64,000 bases of DNA, from IMG/VR virus record IMGVR_UViG_3300042940_001100, positions 1-64,000 of that record; one strand, written 5' to 3'. The position numbers and the translations under genes were made by a program. Of this stretch, positions 1 to 8,197 are shown in pieces. Source of the DNA: a virus. The notes beneath the pieces were generated by a model that saw only the letters and a list, made by a program, of their open reading frames with translations, searched no databases and was not told the origin of the DNA. Each line of letters opens with the position of its first letter. The first letter of the stretch is position 1.

Positions 1-67
1 AATTGAGATATAGGTTTTACTGAGAAAACAGCAATAACTGTTTTTACCCAACTATATCACACTCAAT

Positions 68-112
68 AAAGAGTTACACAAAAAAAACAGTTACATAAAA
101 AAAACATAAGAG
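68..112 (-). promoter_or_regulatory. split copy of the conserved early-cassette upstream element
   Basis: AAAGAGTTA (68-76) and AAAACATAAGAG (101-112) are present, but the spacer is longer than the 4 nt of the other copies; it would serve a gene left of the window. Confidence 0.4.
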
Positions 113-215
113 TAATGCTTGTACAGTGGACAGCTTTAAAAAAGATTGAGCAAAGTGCGGTTGCTCCACCGGTGAGTATCCCACTACCACTCATTTTAAC
201 ATATTTGCACATAGT

Positions 216-244
216 AAAAAAGAACAGGGCCTAAGCCCTTGTTC
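216..244 (-). terminator. intrinsic terminator
   Basis: Minus strand reads GAACAAGGGC-TTAG-GCCCTGTTC then a T tract, immediately after the stop of 245..568. Confidence 0.75.
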
Positions 245-568
245 TTAATACTGTGATACATATGCTTTGTCAAGCTCTGCTTGTAATTCAGGTGTAATTT
301 CAATACCTCTGAATACAATATGACCTGAACATACATCCATCTTCTTTACAGTTGGACCAAACAAGTCAGCTTCCTTTACTATATAAGGATAGAAGCCGAT
401 ACCTGAAGTACACTTGTGACCATCCTTTTGTACAAGGAACACAGTCTTTGAGTAATACTTACAAGTCTCAGAGTATTTTAACTCTTCTTGTACACCTGTA
501 ACTGATTCACCAAATTTGTCCGAGCCTTGGTGAAAGGCTTCTGTTGCAATCTCTGCTAATGTTTTCAT
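245..568 (-). CDS. hypothetical small protein (putative early gene)
   Basis: 107 aa ORF with an AT-rich leader, the conserved upstream element and a terminator; no recognisable domain. Confidence 0.75.
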   Translation of the reverse strand: MKTLAEIATEAFHQGSDKFGESVTGVQEELKYSETCKYYSKTVFLVQKDGHKCTSGIGFYPYIVKEADLFGPTVKKMDVCSGHIVFRGIEITPELQAELDKAYVSQY

Positions 569-589
569 AATATATATTTTAAGTTATAT

Positions 590-614
590 AAAGAGTTAAT
601 ATAAAACATAAGAG
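590..614 (-). promoter_or_regulatory. conserved early-cassette upstream element (putative phage promoter)
   Basis: Plus strand AAAGAGTTA-ATAT-AAAACATAAGAG, about 20 nt upstream of the ATG at 568. Confidence 0.6.
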
Positions 615-627
615 TATAGTATATGAG

Positions 628-653
628 AAAAAAAGAAAGGGGCTATATGCCCC
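628..653 (-). terminator. intrinsic terminator overlapping the stop codon
   Basis: Minus strand GGGGC-ATATA-GCCCC followed by TTTCTTTTTTT. Confidence 0.7.
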
Positions 654-939
654 AATCTCCATAATGATAGTCTTCTTCATTTTCTATCTCTCTTATCTCT
701 TCCTCTAAGAAGTTCTTCTCTATGTTGCCTATAACTTTAGTAGAGGCTTCATCTATCTTGTTTACCTCTGCCCAAAGTTTCTTAAGCACATCTCTGAGCT
801 CTATCTTTACTGCAAATAATTCATTCTCAGAATATGCAATCTCAGGGTCTTTTTGTTCTTCATTGATATCACTAAGTCTTGTAGTAATCATATCAATGAC
901 TACAAATAATGTTGATCTGTTGATAGTTGTTTCTTCCAT
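643..939 (-). CDS. hypothetical acidic helical protein (putative early gene)
   Basis: 98 aa ORF, acidic, in cassette context. Confidence 0.75.
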   Translation of the reverse strand: MEETTINRSTLFVVIDMITTRLSDINEEQKDPEIAYSENELFAVKIELRDVLKKLWAEVNKIDEASTKVIGNIEKNFLEEEIREIENEEDYHYGDWGI

Positions 940-971
940 AATATATTGGTTTTAAATTAGTTAATACTAAT

Positions 972-996
972 AAAGAGTTAATACAAAACATATGAG
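972..996 (-). promoter_or_regulatory. conserved early-cassette upstream element
   Basis: AAAGAGTTA-ATAC-AAAACATATGAG. Confidence 0.6.
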
Positions 997-1009
997 TAAT
1001 GCTTATGAG

Positions 1010-1037
1010 AAAAAAAGAACAGGCTATTCGCCTGCTC
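1010..1037 (-). terminator. intrinsic terminator overlapping the stop codon
   Basis: Minus strand GAGCAGGC-GAATA-GCCTGTTC followed by T7. Confidence 0.7.
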
Positions 1038-1197
1038 CATTAAGTTTATCAAAGTCCCAATCAATGATAGTCTCAATAGGAACAATTGTTCCACAAGGAC
1101 TAAGCACTAAGCGTGGAGCTATAGGCACATTGATAATTTTCATTTTAACAGGAGCTGACTCAACTGTTTTTACGGGCATTGGCTTGAAGTGTAACAT
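1024..1197 (-). CDS. hypothetical small protein (start revised to MLHFKP, 57 aa)
   Basis: The track start at 1236 lies inside the upstream element; the ATG at 1197 has the same leader as the neighbouring genes. Confidence 0.6.
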   Translation of the reverse strand: MLHFKPMPVKTVESAPVKMKIINVPIAPRLVLSPCGTIVPIETIIDWDFDKLNGAGE

Positions 1198-1216
1198 ATA
1201 ATATTTTAAGTTATAT

Positions 1217-1241
1217 AAAGAGTTAGTATAAAACATATGAG
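1217..1241 (-). promoter_or_regulatory. conserved early-cassette upstream element
   Basis: AAAGAGTTA-GTAT-AAAACATATGAG; 1201-1225 is a 25-nt exact repeat of 574-598. Confidence 0.6.
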
Positions 1242-1242
1242 T

Positions 1243-1270
1243 AAAGAAGAACAGAGCTATTGCTCTGTCC
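1243..1270 (-). terminator. intrinsic terminator overlapping the stop codon
   Basis: Minus strand GGACAGAGC-AATA-GCTCTGTTC followed by TTCTTT. Confidence 0.65.
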
Positions 1271-1601
1271 TTATTATACTGATTTGGTCAATCAGATCTT
1301 GCTTGGACATTAGATATTCCCTCAAGGCTGTGAACTTATTGATATTATAATATCTAGCTCTTTGTCCCGCGTCTACAATATCTCTAGTAACAGTGAAGTC
1401 ACCAAACCAAGTTGCACCACGCTTCTTGCCTTCTTCACAAGTTAAGTGACCATATTTTTTGTATTGATCTACAGCATACTGAAGATATGAATATCTTTCT
1501 TGGTGGTATTTAGCTGTAGATATAGCTTGTTCAGCAAGCTTAGTTTTCTTAGCAAATGCATCTGTTACAGATACTAATTGATTGAGTTTAGTTGTGTCCA
1601 T
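1257..1601 (-). CDS. hypothetical protein (putative early gene)
   Basis: 114 aa ORF in cassette context. Confidence 0.75.
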   Translation of the reverse strand: MDTTKLNQLVSVTDAFAKKTKLAEQAISTAKYHQERYSYLQYAVDQYKKYGHLTCEEGKKRGATWFGDFTVTRDIVDAGQRARYYNINKFTALREYLMSKQDLIDQISIIRTEQ

Positions 1602-1623
1602 AATATATAGTTTAGTTCATATA

Positions 1624-1647
1624 TAGAGTTACTATAAAACATAAGGG
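1624..1647 (-). promoter_or_regulatory. conserved early-cassette upstream element
   Basis: TAGAGTTA-CTAT-AAAACATAAGGG. Confidence 0.55.
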
Positions 1648-1658
1648 CATAGCTTATC

Positions 1659-1691
1659 AAAAAAAAAAAGTACAGGTTATTCCCCTGTACT
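1659..1691 (-). terminator. intrinsic terminator overlapping the stop codon
   Basis: Minus strand AGTACAGG-GGAATAA-CCTGTACT followed by a long T tract. Confidence 0.75.
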
Positions 1692-1883
1692 ATTCTCTAT
1701 TGCACTGACTTGTCCTTCAATGAAGGATTGAAGGTGGTTTTTTAACTTTGTTAAAGAATCTTCCTGTCCTTGAGGAAATTCTTTAATAATGTTACCAAAT
1801 CCATCTTGATTATTATTTCTTCTATAATAATCAATTTGATTATCAATCATCTTGATAATCTCTAGTACTGTTGTTGTATCCAT
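1677..1883 (-). CDS. hypothetical small protein (start revised to MDTTTV, 68 aa)
   Basis: The track start at 1925 lies inside the upstream element; the ATG at 1883 follows a TATATT leader like its neighbours. Confidence 0.7.
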   Translation of the reverse strand: MDTTTVLEIIKMIDNQIDYYRRNNNQDGFGNIIKEFPQGQEDSLTKLKNHLQSFIEGQVSAIENSTGE

Positions 1884-1905
1884 AATATATAAGTTAGTGA
1901 TATAC

Positions 1906-1930
1906 AAAGAGTTATCATAAAACATATGAG
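1906..1930 (-). promoter_or_regulatory. conserved early-cassette upstream element
   Basis: AAAGAGTTA-TCAT-AAAACATATGAG. Confidence 0.6.
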
Positions 1931-1943
1931 AAGCCCTATATAT

Positions 1944-1974
1944 AAAAAAGAATATCCCCCGAAGGGGATTGTTC
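1944..1974 (-). terminator. intrinsic terminator with a UUCG tetraloop
   Basis: Minus strand ATCCCC-TTCG-GGGGAT followed by ATTCTTTTTT. Confidence 0.8.
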
Positions 1975-2264
1975 TATGAAGCAAGGTTCTTCTTGATAAG
2001 CCTAAAGAGTATATCTTTAGCTTTACTATTAGAAGGGAATGCACCGCCAAAGATTATAAGATCTTTGTTTGAGCATTCATGGTACATCAACCCTGACTTT
2101 AGATTAGGATATTCTACAGAGAAGTCAGTCCAGACCTTGCGGGCAACTGCTTTCTTAGATATAAACTTAATACCGAAGGTGTTAGGTTGATTAGTTGGGT
2201 ATTCAAACCCGAAGTCTTCTAAGCCTAATAGGAAAGAAGACATAGCTTTTGTATCTGTTTTCAT
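1974..2264 (-). CDS. hypothetical protein (start revised to MKTDTK, 96 aa)
   Basis: The ATG at 2264 has a TATATT leader; a partial upstream element AAAACATATGAG lies at 2301-2312. Confidence 0.7.
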   Translation of the reverse strand: MKTDTKAMSSFLLGLEDFGFEYPTNQPNTFGIKFISKKAVARKVWTDFSVEYPNLKSGLMYHECSNKDLIIFGGAFPSNSKAKDILFRLIKKNLAS

Positions 2265-2500
2265 AATATAGTTTAGACATAGACATAGACTTAAATAAGT
2301 AAAACATATGAGCACTGGTGAGCATGAGCTTGTAGCAGAGCTTCCTAGCTACCATACCCATCTAGCTTCTTCTTCTGTTAGAAAAAAACATTTTACTAGA
2401 CTAGATTTAGGATTGCCTAGTATAAAACATGGGGGGTAGGGGGGAAGTTGTGAGAGGCCGGGGTTGTTTTATAGAAGACCCCACCCCCTGGTACATATAG

Positions 2501-2508
2501 TATATTTG
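2501..2508 (+). promoter_or_regulatory. Bacteroidota primary-sigma -7 element
   Basis: TATATTTG matches TAnnTTTG at the start of the plus-strand arm. Confidence 0.5.
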
Positions 2509-2574
2509 CCATACCATTTCCTATATACCCTACAAGATCTTGTTTTTGTTCTTATATATATGTATATTTAATAT

Positions 2575-2739
2575 ATGGAAGAATGGGAAGTATTACTCCG
2601 CGAAAAGTTAGAGCTTGAGATTCCGGAAGGGATCTATTCTATAGAGATGGAAGGTAAGAAGTATCTCACCGGCAGAAATGGTATTATTGATTATCTGGTA
2701 TATAAGGAAAGAGAAGTTAGGTTGAGTGGAAATAAGTGA
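2575..2739 (+). CDS. hypothetical 54 aa protein (not in ORF track)
   Basis: Hand translation MEEWEVLLREKLELEIPEGIYSIEMEGKKYLTGRNG...; lies downstream of the -7 element. Confidence 0.55.
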   Translation: MEEWEVLLREKLELEIPEGIYSIEMEGKKYLTGRNGIIDYLVYKEREVRLSGNK

Positions 2740-2747
2740 TATCTTTG
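2740..2747 (+). promoter_or_regulatory. Bacteroidota -7 promoter element for groES
   Basis: TATCTTTG(CA), 22 nt upstream of the ATG. Confidence 0.6.
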
Positions 2748-2769
2748 CACCTATAAATAAACCAACAAT

Positions 2770-3036
2770 ATGAAAGTAAAACCATTAGCTAACAGGGTGA
2801 TCATTTCACCAACAGATCAAGAGACAGAAGAGGTAAGAGCCTCCGGATTAATTACCATGAAAAAAGAACTGCCTCCTTCCACTCGTGGAAAAGTAATGGC
2901 CATAGGAGAGAAGGTTTCAGCTGATGTTAAAGTAGGAGATCTTGTTCAATATGGTCAGCACTCAGGAATCATTTTTGAATGGGAAGAAAAAGAATATTTA
3001 ATTATGCGTGAACCAGATATTATTTGTGTATTGTAA
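2770..3036 (+). CDS. groES: co-chaperonin GroES (Cpn10)
   Basis: KPLANRVII, SGLI mobile loop, GKVMAIG, VKVGDLV and EYLIMREPDI match Cpn10 signatures. Confidence 0.93.
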   Translation: MKVKPLANRVIISPTDQETEEVRASGLITMKKELPPSTRGKVMAIGEKVSADVKVGDLVQYGQHSGIIFEWEEKEYLIMREPDIICVL

Positions 3037-3097
3037 AAAATAAAGCCTAACTTTAAAGGCTTGTTCTATTGATATGTTTTTAGGGAAAACAGTAAAA

Positions 3098-3129
3098 GAT
3101 CCTCATTAAGAAATTTTTGAGGATTTTTT
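3098..3129 (+). terminator. intrinsic terminator after groES
   Basis: GATCCTCA...TGAGGATT stem followed by a T tract. Confidence 0.6.
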
Positions 3130-3183
3130 ATTTTGTTATAATAATAATATGTATATTAGTACTTTATTTATAAAGTATAAAAC

Positions 3184-3780
3184 ATGGATCCAATAAGTTG
3201 GGATGCTCTAAAAGCAAGAGGTCAGATAATTAACTTAGCAGATATCAATAGAGACAAGGATTATTTTGTTCTTGGTCATTATGATAATAGACGCAGGGAG
3301 TATCAATGGACTGACTATCCTTTATATCTAGTAAAGGCTTCTGATATTCTTGGACAAATAAATTTTGTAGATAAACAAAAAGTAAATTCAAACACAACAT
3401 TCCAAACATTATTAAGTACATATATAGATGTACCTTTTATGACTCTTACAACTCAAGAGTTAGGTGGACCAACACCGGGAGCACTTGGAAATTATCAAAT
3501 ACATTTTTCAGCTAGCTATCAACTTTCAGATCTAGGATCTTCAGCTGAATTCATTTTAAATATTGATGGAGTAGATATACTTCCTACCGAGGTGATAGAG
3601 TCTCCAAATAATACAGGTATCTATAGAACAAGTATAATCTGGCAAGTAGATAGTTTACCAGCCAATAAAGTAATTAAAGTAAAATTCAAAATCATACCAA
3701 TAACTCCTACTGTATCTACATTAACTGTGTTTAATAGAGTATTGATGATTGATGGTGCTAACACATTAAATGTAATATAA
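3184..3780 (+). CDS. putative virion decoration/fibre protein (shared N-terminal anchor plus beta-sandwich)
   Basis: N-terminus resembles those of 3782 and 5520; C-terminus is beta-rich (GNYQIHFSASY, FILNIDG). Confidence 0.5.
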   Translation: MDPISWDALKARGQIINLADINRDKDYFVLGHYDNRRREYQWTDYPLYLVKASDILGQINFVDKQKVNSNTTFQTLLSTYIDVPFMTLTTQELGGPTPGALGNYQIHFSASYQLSDLGSSAEFILNIDGVDILPTEVIESPNNTGIYRTSIIWQVDSLPANKVIKVKFKIIPITPTVSTLTVFNRVLMIDGANTLNVI

Positions 3781-3781
3781 C

Positions 3782-5269
3782 ATGGAAGACACAACAATTG
3801 AATCTCTAATAGCTAACAATCTAGTATTGACTAAAGCAGATCTTATTAATCCTGCTAATGATTATATAGTTGTTGGTATGTATCAACAAGGTACTAATAA
3901 GTATAGAGGAGCCGGAACAAGCTATAAGAATTATGCACTTGCTCTTAGTGAAATTGCTGGAAACAGTGTTAGTAATAGTAATAAGAATATAATAGTAGTA
4001 GATTCAGTTTTTGGTGATGATGCTTCAGCAGCAGCTGCTGGCAACTATGACTTTAACAAACCTTTTCAGACTATTAATAATGCTGTAGCTAATGCTAATA
4101 ACGGAGATACTCTTTGGGTACTAGGAGGAACTTATACTATTCTAAACAATCTTCTAGATAAACAGCTGACTATTTATGCATGGAATTGTCAATTACTATT
4201 TAGAGGACCACAAACAGGATCAATTTTTACAGAACTTACTATTAAAGGTAATGCTGATATATATATTTTATCTGGTGCAGCCTTTAATACAACACCTTGT
4301 GTGAATGCTAATATAAACATAGAGTGTAATGTATTGTATGCATATGAAGATGTACCTTTTTATCTAGATCATCAAGACTATAGTCAAGCATGTTACTTTA
4401 CATTAAAAGCAAATTACTTAGATATACAAGGTGTATTCTTTGCTTTTATAGCATTAAACTATAATGTAAATGTTGATGTAACAACCTTGGAAAGAAATGG
4501 ACCAACTCCACCTTTTTCTATGGGAGATTTTTGGTTTACTAATCTTGGTGCTGGTGCTGTTACAGGATTTGATACAACATCTAGATTTAACTTTGGTAGT
4601 ACTAACATTAGTTCAAAGAGTGGTCACTCTCTTATAAAGTTAGACTATGGTGCACCTGAAAATAAATACTTTGTAACAGGTAATTACTTTGCAGAAAACT
4701 ATGCTGGAGTAAGTGGTCCAACAGCTATTGTTTCTCATGATACTTCACAAAGTTTTGTAGAGATAGATGCCACAATGAATCTTATAGGTGTAAGTGTTTA
4801 TGTTTCAAGAGGTGCTGCATCACAAGCTATAATCAAAGGTAATATTATCCATGATTCTAATACTTATGTATCAGATTTTGCTTCTTGCTATTATATAAGA
4901 GATGGCAAATTAAAACTGTATGCTGATACTAGAAGTATAGGTAATCAAATTCTTGTTGTACCTGCAGTAACTGCATTAACTCCAGAAATAGATATTAATA
5001 ACTGTAAGCTAGTTAATGCAGGAGGTCTTAATAATATAATCCTTACTCTACAAGCGGCTTGTACACTAAGAATATTTAATGCCAAGTTTATAGTAGATCT
5101 TGCTAATACATATTCAGCTACAGCATCAACAACATTACTAGCAGAAGTTTATTCATTATATGATAATGTAGCAATGGATGCTACTATAGGTAATAGTTTG
5201 GGTACAGGTTCACCAGATCAATCAATAGGTGAGCTTACCAATACAAACATGACAGACATAGGATTTTAA
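3782..5269 (+). CDS. putative spike/fibre protein with beta-helix
   Basis: VDSVFGDD...KPFQTINNAV...GDTLWVLGGTY is a typical beta-helix cap; N-terminal anchor shared with neighbours. Confidence 0.6.
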   Translation: MEDTTIESLIANNLVLTKADLINPANDYIVVGMYQQGTNKYRGAGTSYKNYALALSEIAGNSVSNSNKNIIVVDSVFGDDASAAAAGNYDFNKPFQTINNAVANANNGDTLWVLGGTYTILNNLLDKQLTIYAWNCQLLFRGPQTGSIFTELTIKGNADIYILSGAAFNTTPCVNANINIECNVLYAYEDVPFYLDHQDYSQACYFTLKANYLDIQGVFFAFIALNYNVNVDVTTLERNGPTPPFSMGDFWFTNLGAGAVTGFDTTSRFNFGSTNISSKSGHSLIKLDYGAPENKYFVTGNYFAENYAGVSGPTAIVSHDTSQSFVEIDATMNLIGVSVYVSRGAASQAIIKGNIIHDSNTYVSDFASCYYIRDGKLKLYADTRSIGNQILVVPAVTALTPEIDINNCKLVNAGGLNNIILTLQAACTLRIFNAKFIVDLANTYSATASTTLLAEVYSLYDNVAMDATIGNSLGTGSPDQSIGELTNTNMTDIGF

Positions 5270-5286
5270 CATTTAAAAATAACACA

Positions 5287-5481
5287 ATGAAAATATCAAT
5301 CAATACATTAGAAGTAAAAGCAGAAGGTACAAATGGCACATCTATTAGCCTTACTAATATAAACTTTAATACAGAGGCTACTAAACTAGGAATGTCTAAT
5401 AAAGTTGTAGACACTGAATCTCTTTCTTCTGGAGAAAAAGCAATAGTGGCTGCATTTGTTAATCTTATAAACAGCAAGTAA
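5287..5481 (+). CDS. hypothetical protein (possible spike chaperone)
   Basis: 64 aa ORF directly after the spike gene, with an A-rich leader. Confidence 0.55.
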   Translation: MKISINTLEVKAEGTNGTSISLTNINFNTEATKLGMSNKVVDTESLSSGEKAIVAAFVNLINSK

Positions 5482-5519
5482 TCATGAGTGTAGGCAACTT
5501 AAAATAATAGAACAATAAA

Positions 5520-6863
5520 ATGGACATATTTAATATACAAGCTCTCATAAAAGAAGGAAGACTTATTATAGCTAATGATGTTGACCCAACTGAATCATAT
5601 CTACAAGTAGGTGTTTTTCAAAAAGGTAATAGACCGAGTAATGCTAGTAACGCTGACACCTATCGTTCTTATGCACTTGCTCTTAGTGAGTTATCAGGAA
5701 GTTCACTACCTATAGTGCGTTATGTTTATTTAGTACAAGATGCTAGTGATGCCCTTCGTATGGGTGGCACTGCAAGTAATGTATACACTACTTTTCAAAC
5801 AGCTTATGATGCAGCTAATACTTTACAACTAACTTTAGGTGGATCAAATACCGTTGTTATACTAGTTGGAAATACTACCGCTGCAACAGTAGGTAATCTT
5901 ACACTTACAGCAAACTATAACCGGTTTGTCTTAATAAAAGGGATAAACCTTTATAGCTCTATTCTTGGAAATATTATAGCTACAAATAACCTAGGTGATG
6001 GATATCATGTGGGTGTAAATACCAGTACAGCTGTTACTATAACAGATGTAAGAATTGGAACAATAAGTACTAATGCAACGGGTGCTACAGGAACTTCAGG
6101 AAATGTGTCTACTCGCCTCAATGCTGTCCAGTTAGGTAATATAGACACGTCTATAACAAACACATTAAACACAACAGGAAATGGGGGGTCAGTTACTGTA
6201 AGTGTTAATACCAATAATTTTGTTGTATTTGGAAACATAACAACTTCAAGCAAAGGCCCAACAAGTTCTGCAGGATCAGTTGCCATTGTTGCGGCTTCTT
6301 TTTCATTTAGTCAAATTATTACAGCAAATGGAAACTTAAATGGAAATGTAACACTTGGTGCAATACAAGGAAGCTTTTTTGGAAACCGTGTTAAATTATC
6401 AAGTGTTGGTGGCCTACAATCAGCATTTACAATGCAGAATGGACAAATAAGTCAATTAGACCTATCTACAGCAGGCAGCATAACCCTTACGGAAGCGGTA
6501 GTTGGAAGTCTTGCTGTAGTTAACACTAGCCCAACACTTACTCCTAATACTTTAACCATTATAGATTCAAGACTTATTAATAAGACAATTTCCGATTTGT
6601 TAACAGTAATAACAGCAAAACTAAGCTCTTTCAATTCTATAGAACAAGTAGGTGATAATTCTATTATCTCAAATTGTGTATTTGATGGTATAGATACATC
6701 AGGAATCAGTCCAACAATAAGTGAAATTGGCACAGGTTGTTCAATATACAATTGCACTGTACTGCAAGGATCCTTAGGTATTGATAATAGTTTACCAGTA
6801 ACTGTAAATGGTTTTGGAACTATATTTGTAAATGGTGTAGGAGCAAACGTAACAATAATTTAA
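5520..6863 (+). CDS. putative spike/fibre protein with beta-helix
   Basis: YTTFQTAYDAA cap, G/T/N/S-rich beta-solenoid repeats, shared N-terminal anchor. Confidence 0.6.
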   Translation: MDIFNIQALIKEGRLIIANDVDPTESYLQVGVFQKGNRPSNASNADTYRSYALALSELSGSSLPIVRYVYLVQDASDALRMGGTASNVYTTFQTAYDAANTLQLTLGGSNTVVILVGNTTAATVGNLTLTANYNRFVLIKGINLYSSILGNIIATNNLGDGYHVGVNTSTAVTITDVRIGTISTNATGATGTSGNVSTRLNAVQLGNIDTSITNTLNTTGNGGSVTVSVNTNNFVVFGNITTSSKGPTSSAGSVAIVAASFSFSQIITANGNLNGNVTLGAIQGSFFGNRVKLSSVGGLQSAFTMQNGQISQLDLSTAGSITLTEAVVGSLAVVNTSPTLTPNTLTIIDSRLINKTISDLLTVITAKLSSFNSIEQVGDNSIISNCVFDGIDTSGISPTISEIGTGCSIYNCTVLQGSLGIDNSLPVTVNGFGTIFVNGVGANVTII

Positions 6864-6874
6864 AACATATAATT

Positions 6875-8179
6875 ATGAGCATAGGTAATACAAAAGACAA
6901 GAATAATAATTATGGTAATAATTACCCATACCAACTAGCTAGTCTAAAACTATTAGGTAATATAAGTGATGCTGTTAGTAATCAAGTTGTTGGACCTATG
7001 GCTAACGATGCCTTTGGTAGACTAAGAGTATCTAGTCCTTTAACACTATTTGATTCATCTCATAGATACAGAGACAATGGTTTGTGGAATACTTCTACAG
7101 CTAGTGGAGGTGCCGCTGTGTTTAGTGCTAATGAAGGTTTAGTTAATCTTAATGTAAATACTACTAGTGGTTCACAAGTACTGAGAGAAACTACAAAAGT
7201 ATTTTCTTATCAGCCAGGTAAGTCTTTACTAGTGTTTAACACTTTTGTAATGGCTCCTGCTCAAACTAACCTTAGACAAAGAGTAGGTTATTTTGGTACA
7301 CAAAATGGACTATACATTCAGTTAAACAATAGTACTTTAAGCTTTGTAAAAAGAAGCTTAGTTACAGGAGTTGTTACAGAAACTGTTGTAAATCAATCAG
7401 CCTGGAGTGTAGACAAAATGGATGGCACCGGCCCATCTGGTGTTACATTAGACATCACTAAAGCTCAGATTCTCTTTATGGATATTGAGTGGCTTGGTGA
7501 AGGTACTGTAAGATTAGGCTTTGTAATAGATGGTAATTTTATACTTTGCCACAGATTCAACCATGCAAATATTATTACCTCAACTTACATTACAACTGCT
7601 TCTCTTCCTCTGAGATATGAGATAACTAACACAGGAGCAACTGCAATTTCTAGTACACTAAAACAAGTATGCTCTACTGTAATCTCAGAAGGAGGATATG
7701 AATTAAAAGGTACACAACAAACTGTAGGAACACCTATTACAGCCCCTACAAATTTAGCTGTTGCTGGTACATATTATCCTGTTATAAGTATAAAACTTGG
7801 AGCAAGTTATTTGGATGCAGTAGTAATACCAAGTGCTTTATCTATAATGGGTGTTTCATCAGGTATTTACAACTGGAAAGTAGTAGCTACAGGAACAACA
7901 ACAGGAGGAGCATGGGTTCCTGCTTCAGCAACATCTGCTGTAGAATATAACATTACAGGAACAAGTTTTGCTTTAGGTAGAACTTTAGCATCTGGTTTCC
8001 TTACATCAAGTGCACTAGCTTCAGTAGCACTAGATATTTTAAAAGAAGCCTTGTTTGCTTTTCAACTAGAAAGAGACAGTTTTACAAGTACCCCTTATGA
8101 ATTAACCTTAGTAGTAGCAGCTAGTACAAACACAGAACTTGTATATGCTTCTATGGACTGGGAAGAAGTAAGTAGATAA
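6875..8179 (+). CDS. phage structural protein, beta-rich (lectin-like)
   Basis: DAFGRLRVSSPLTLFDS, YQPGKS and IEWLGEGTVRLGF motifs seen in a widespread family of phage virion proteins (recognised by eye). Confidence 0.55.
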   Translation: MSIGNTKDKNNNYGNNYPYQLASLKLLGNISDAVSNQVVGPMANDAFGRLRVSSPLTLFDSSHRYRDNGLWNTSTASGGAAVFSANEGLVNLNVNTTSGSQVLRETTKVFSYQPGKSLLVFNTFVMAPAQTNLRQRVGYFGTQNGLYIQLNNSTLSFVKRSLVTGVVTETVVNQSAWSVDKMDGTGPSGVTLDITKAQILFMDIEWLGEGTVRLGFVIDGNFILCHRFNHANIITSTYITTASLPLRYEITNTGATAISSTLKQVCSTVISEGGYELKGTQQTVGTPITAPTNLAVAGTYYPVISIKLGASYLDAVVIPSALSIMGVSSGIYNWKVVATGTTTGGAWVPASATSAVEYNITGTSFALGRTLASGFLTSSALASVALDILKEALFAFQLERDSFTSTPYELTLVVAASTNTELVYASMDWEEVSR

Positions 8180-8197
8180 ACATATTAACTTTAAACT

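Noticed and set aside
722-2190. Plus-strand ORFs 722, 992 and 1969 and minus-strand ORF 1862..2050
   Set aside because: They are antisense to, or run across, the cassette genes, terminators and upstream elements
2274-2290. Short tandem repeat (TAGACA)x3
   Set aside because: Too short to support a function; probably slippage in a leader
68-2312. Repeats interpreted as a CRISPR array or integron attC sites
   Set aside because: The repeats are degenerate, non-palindromic and 250-400 nt apart, with full ORFs between them; no cas or integrase gene is present in the window
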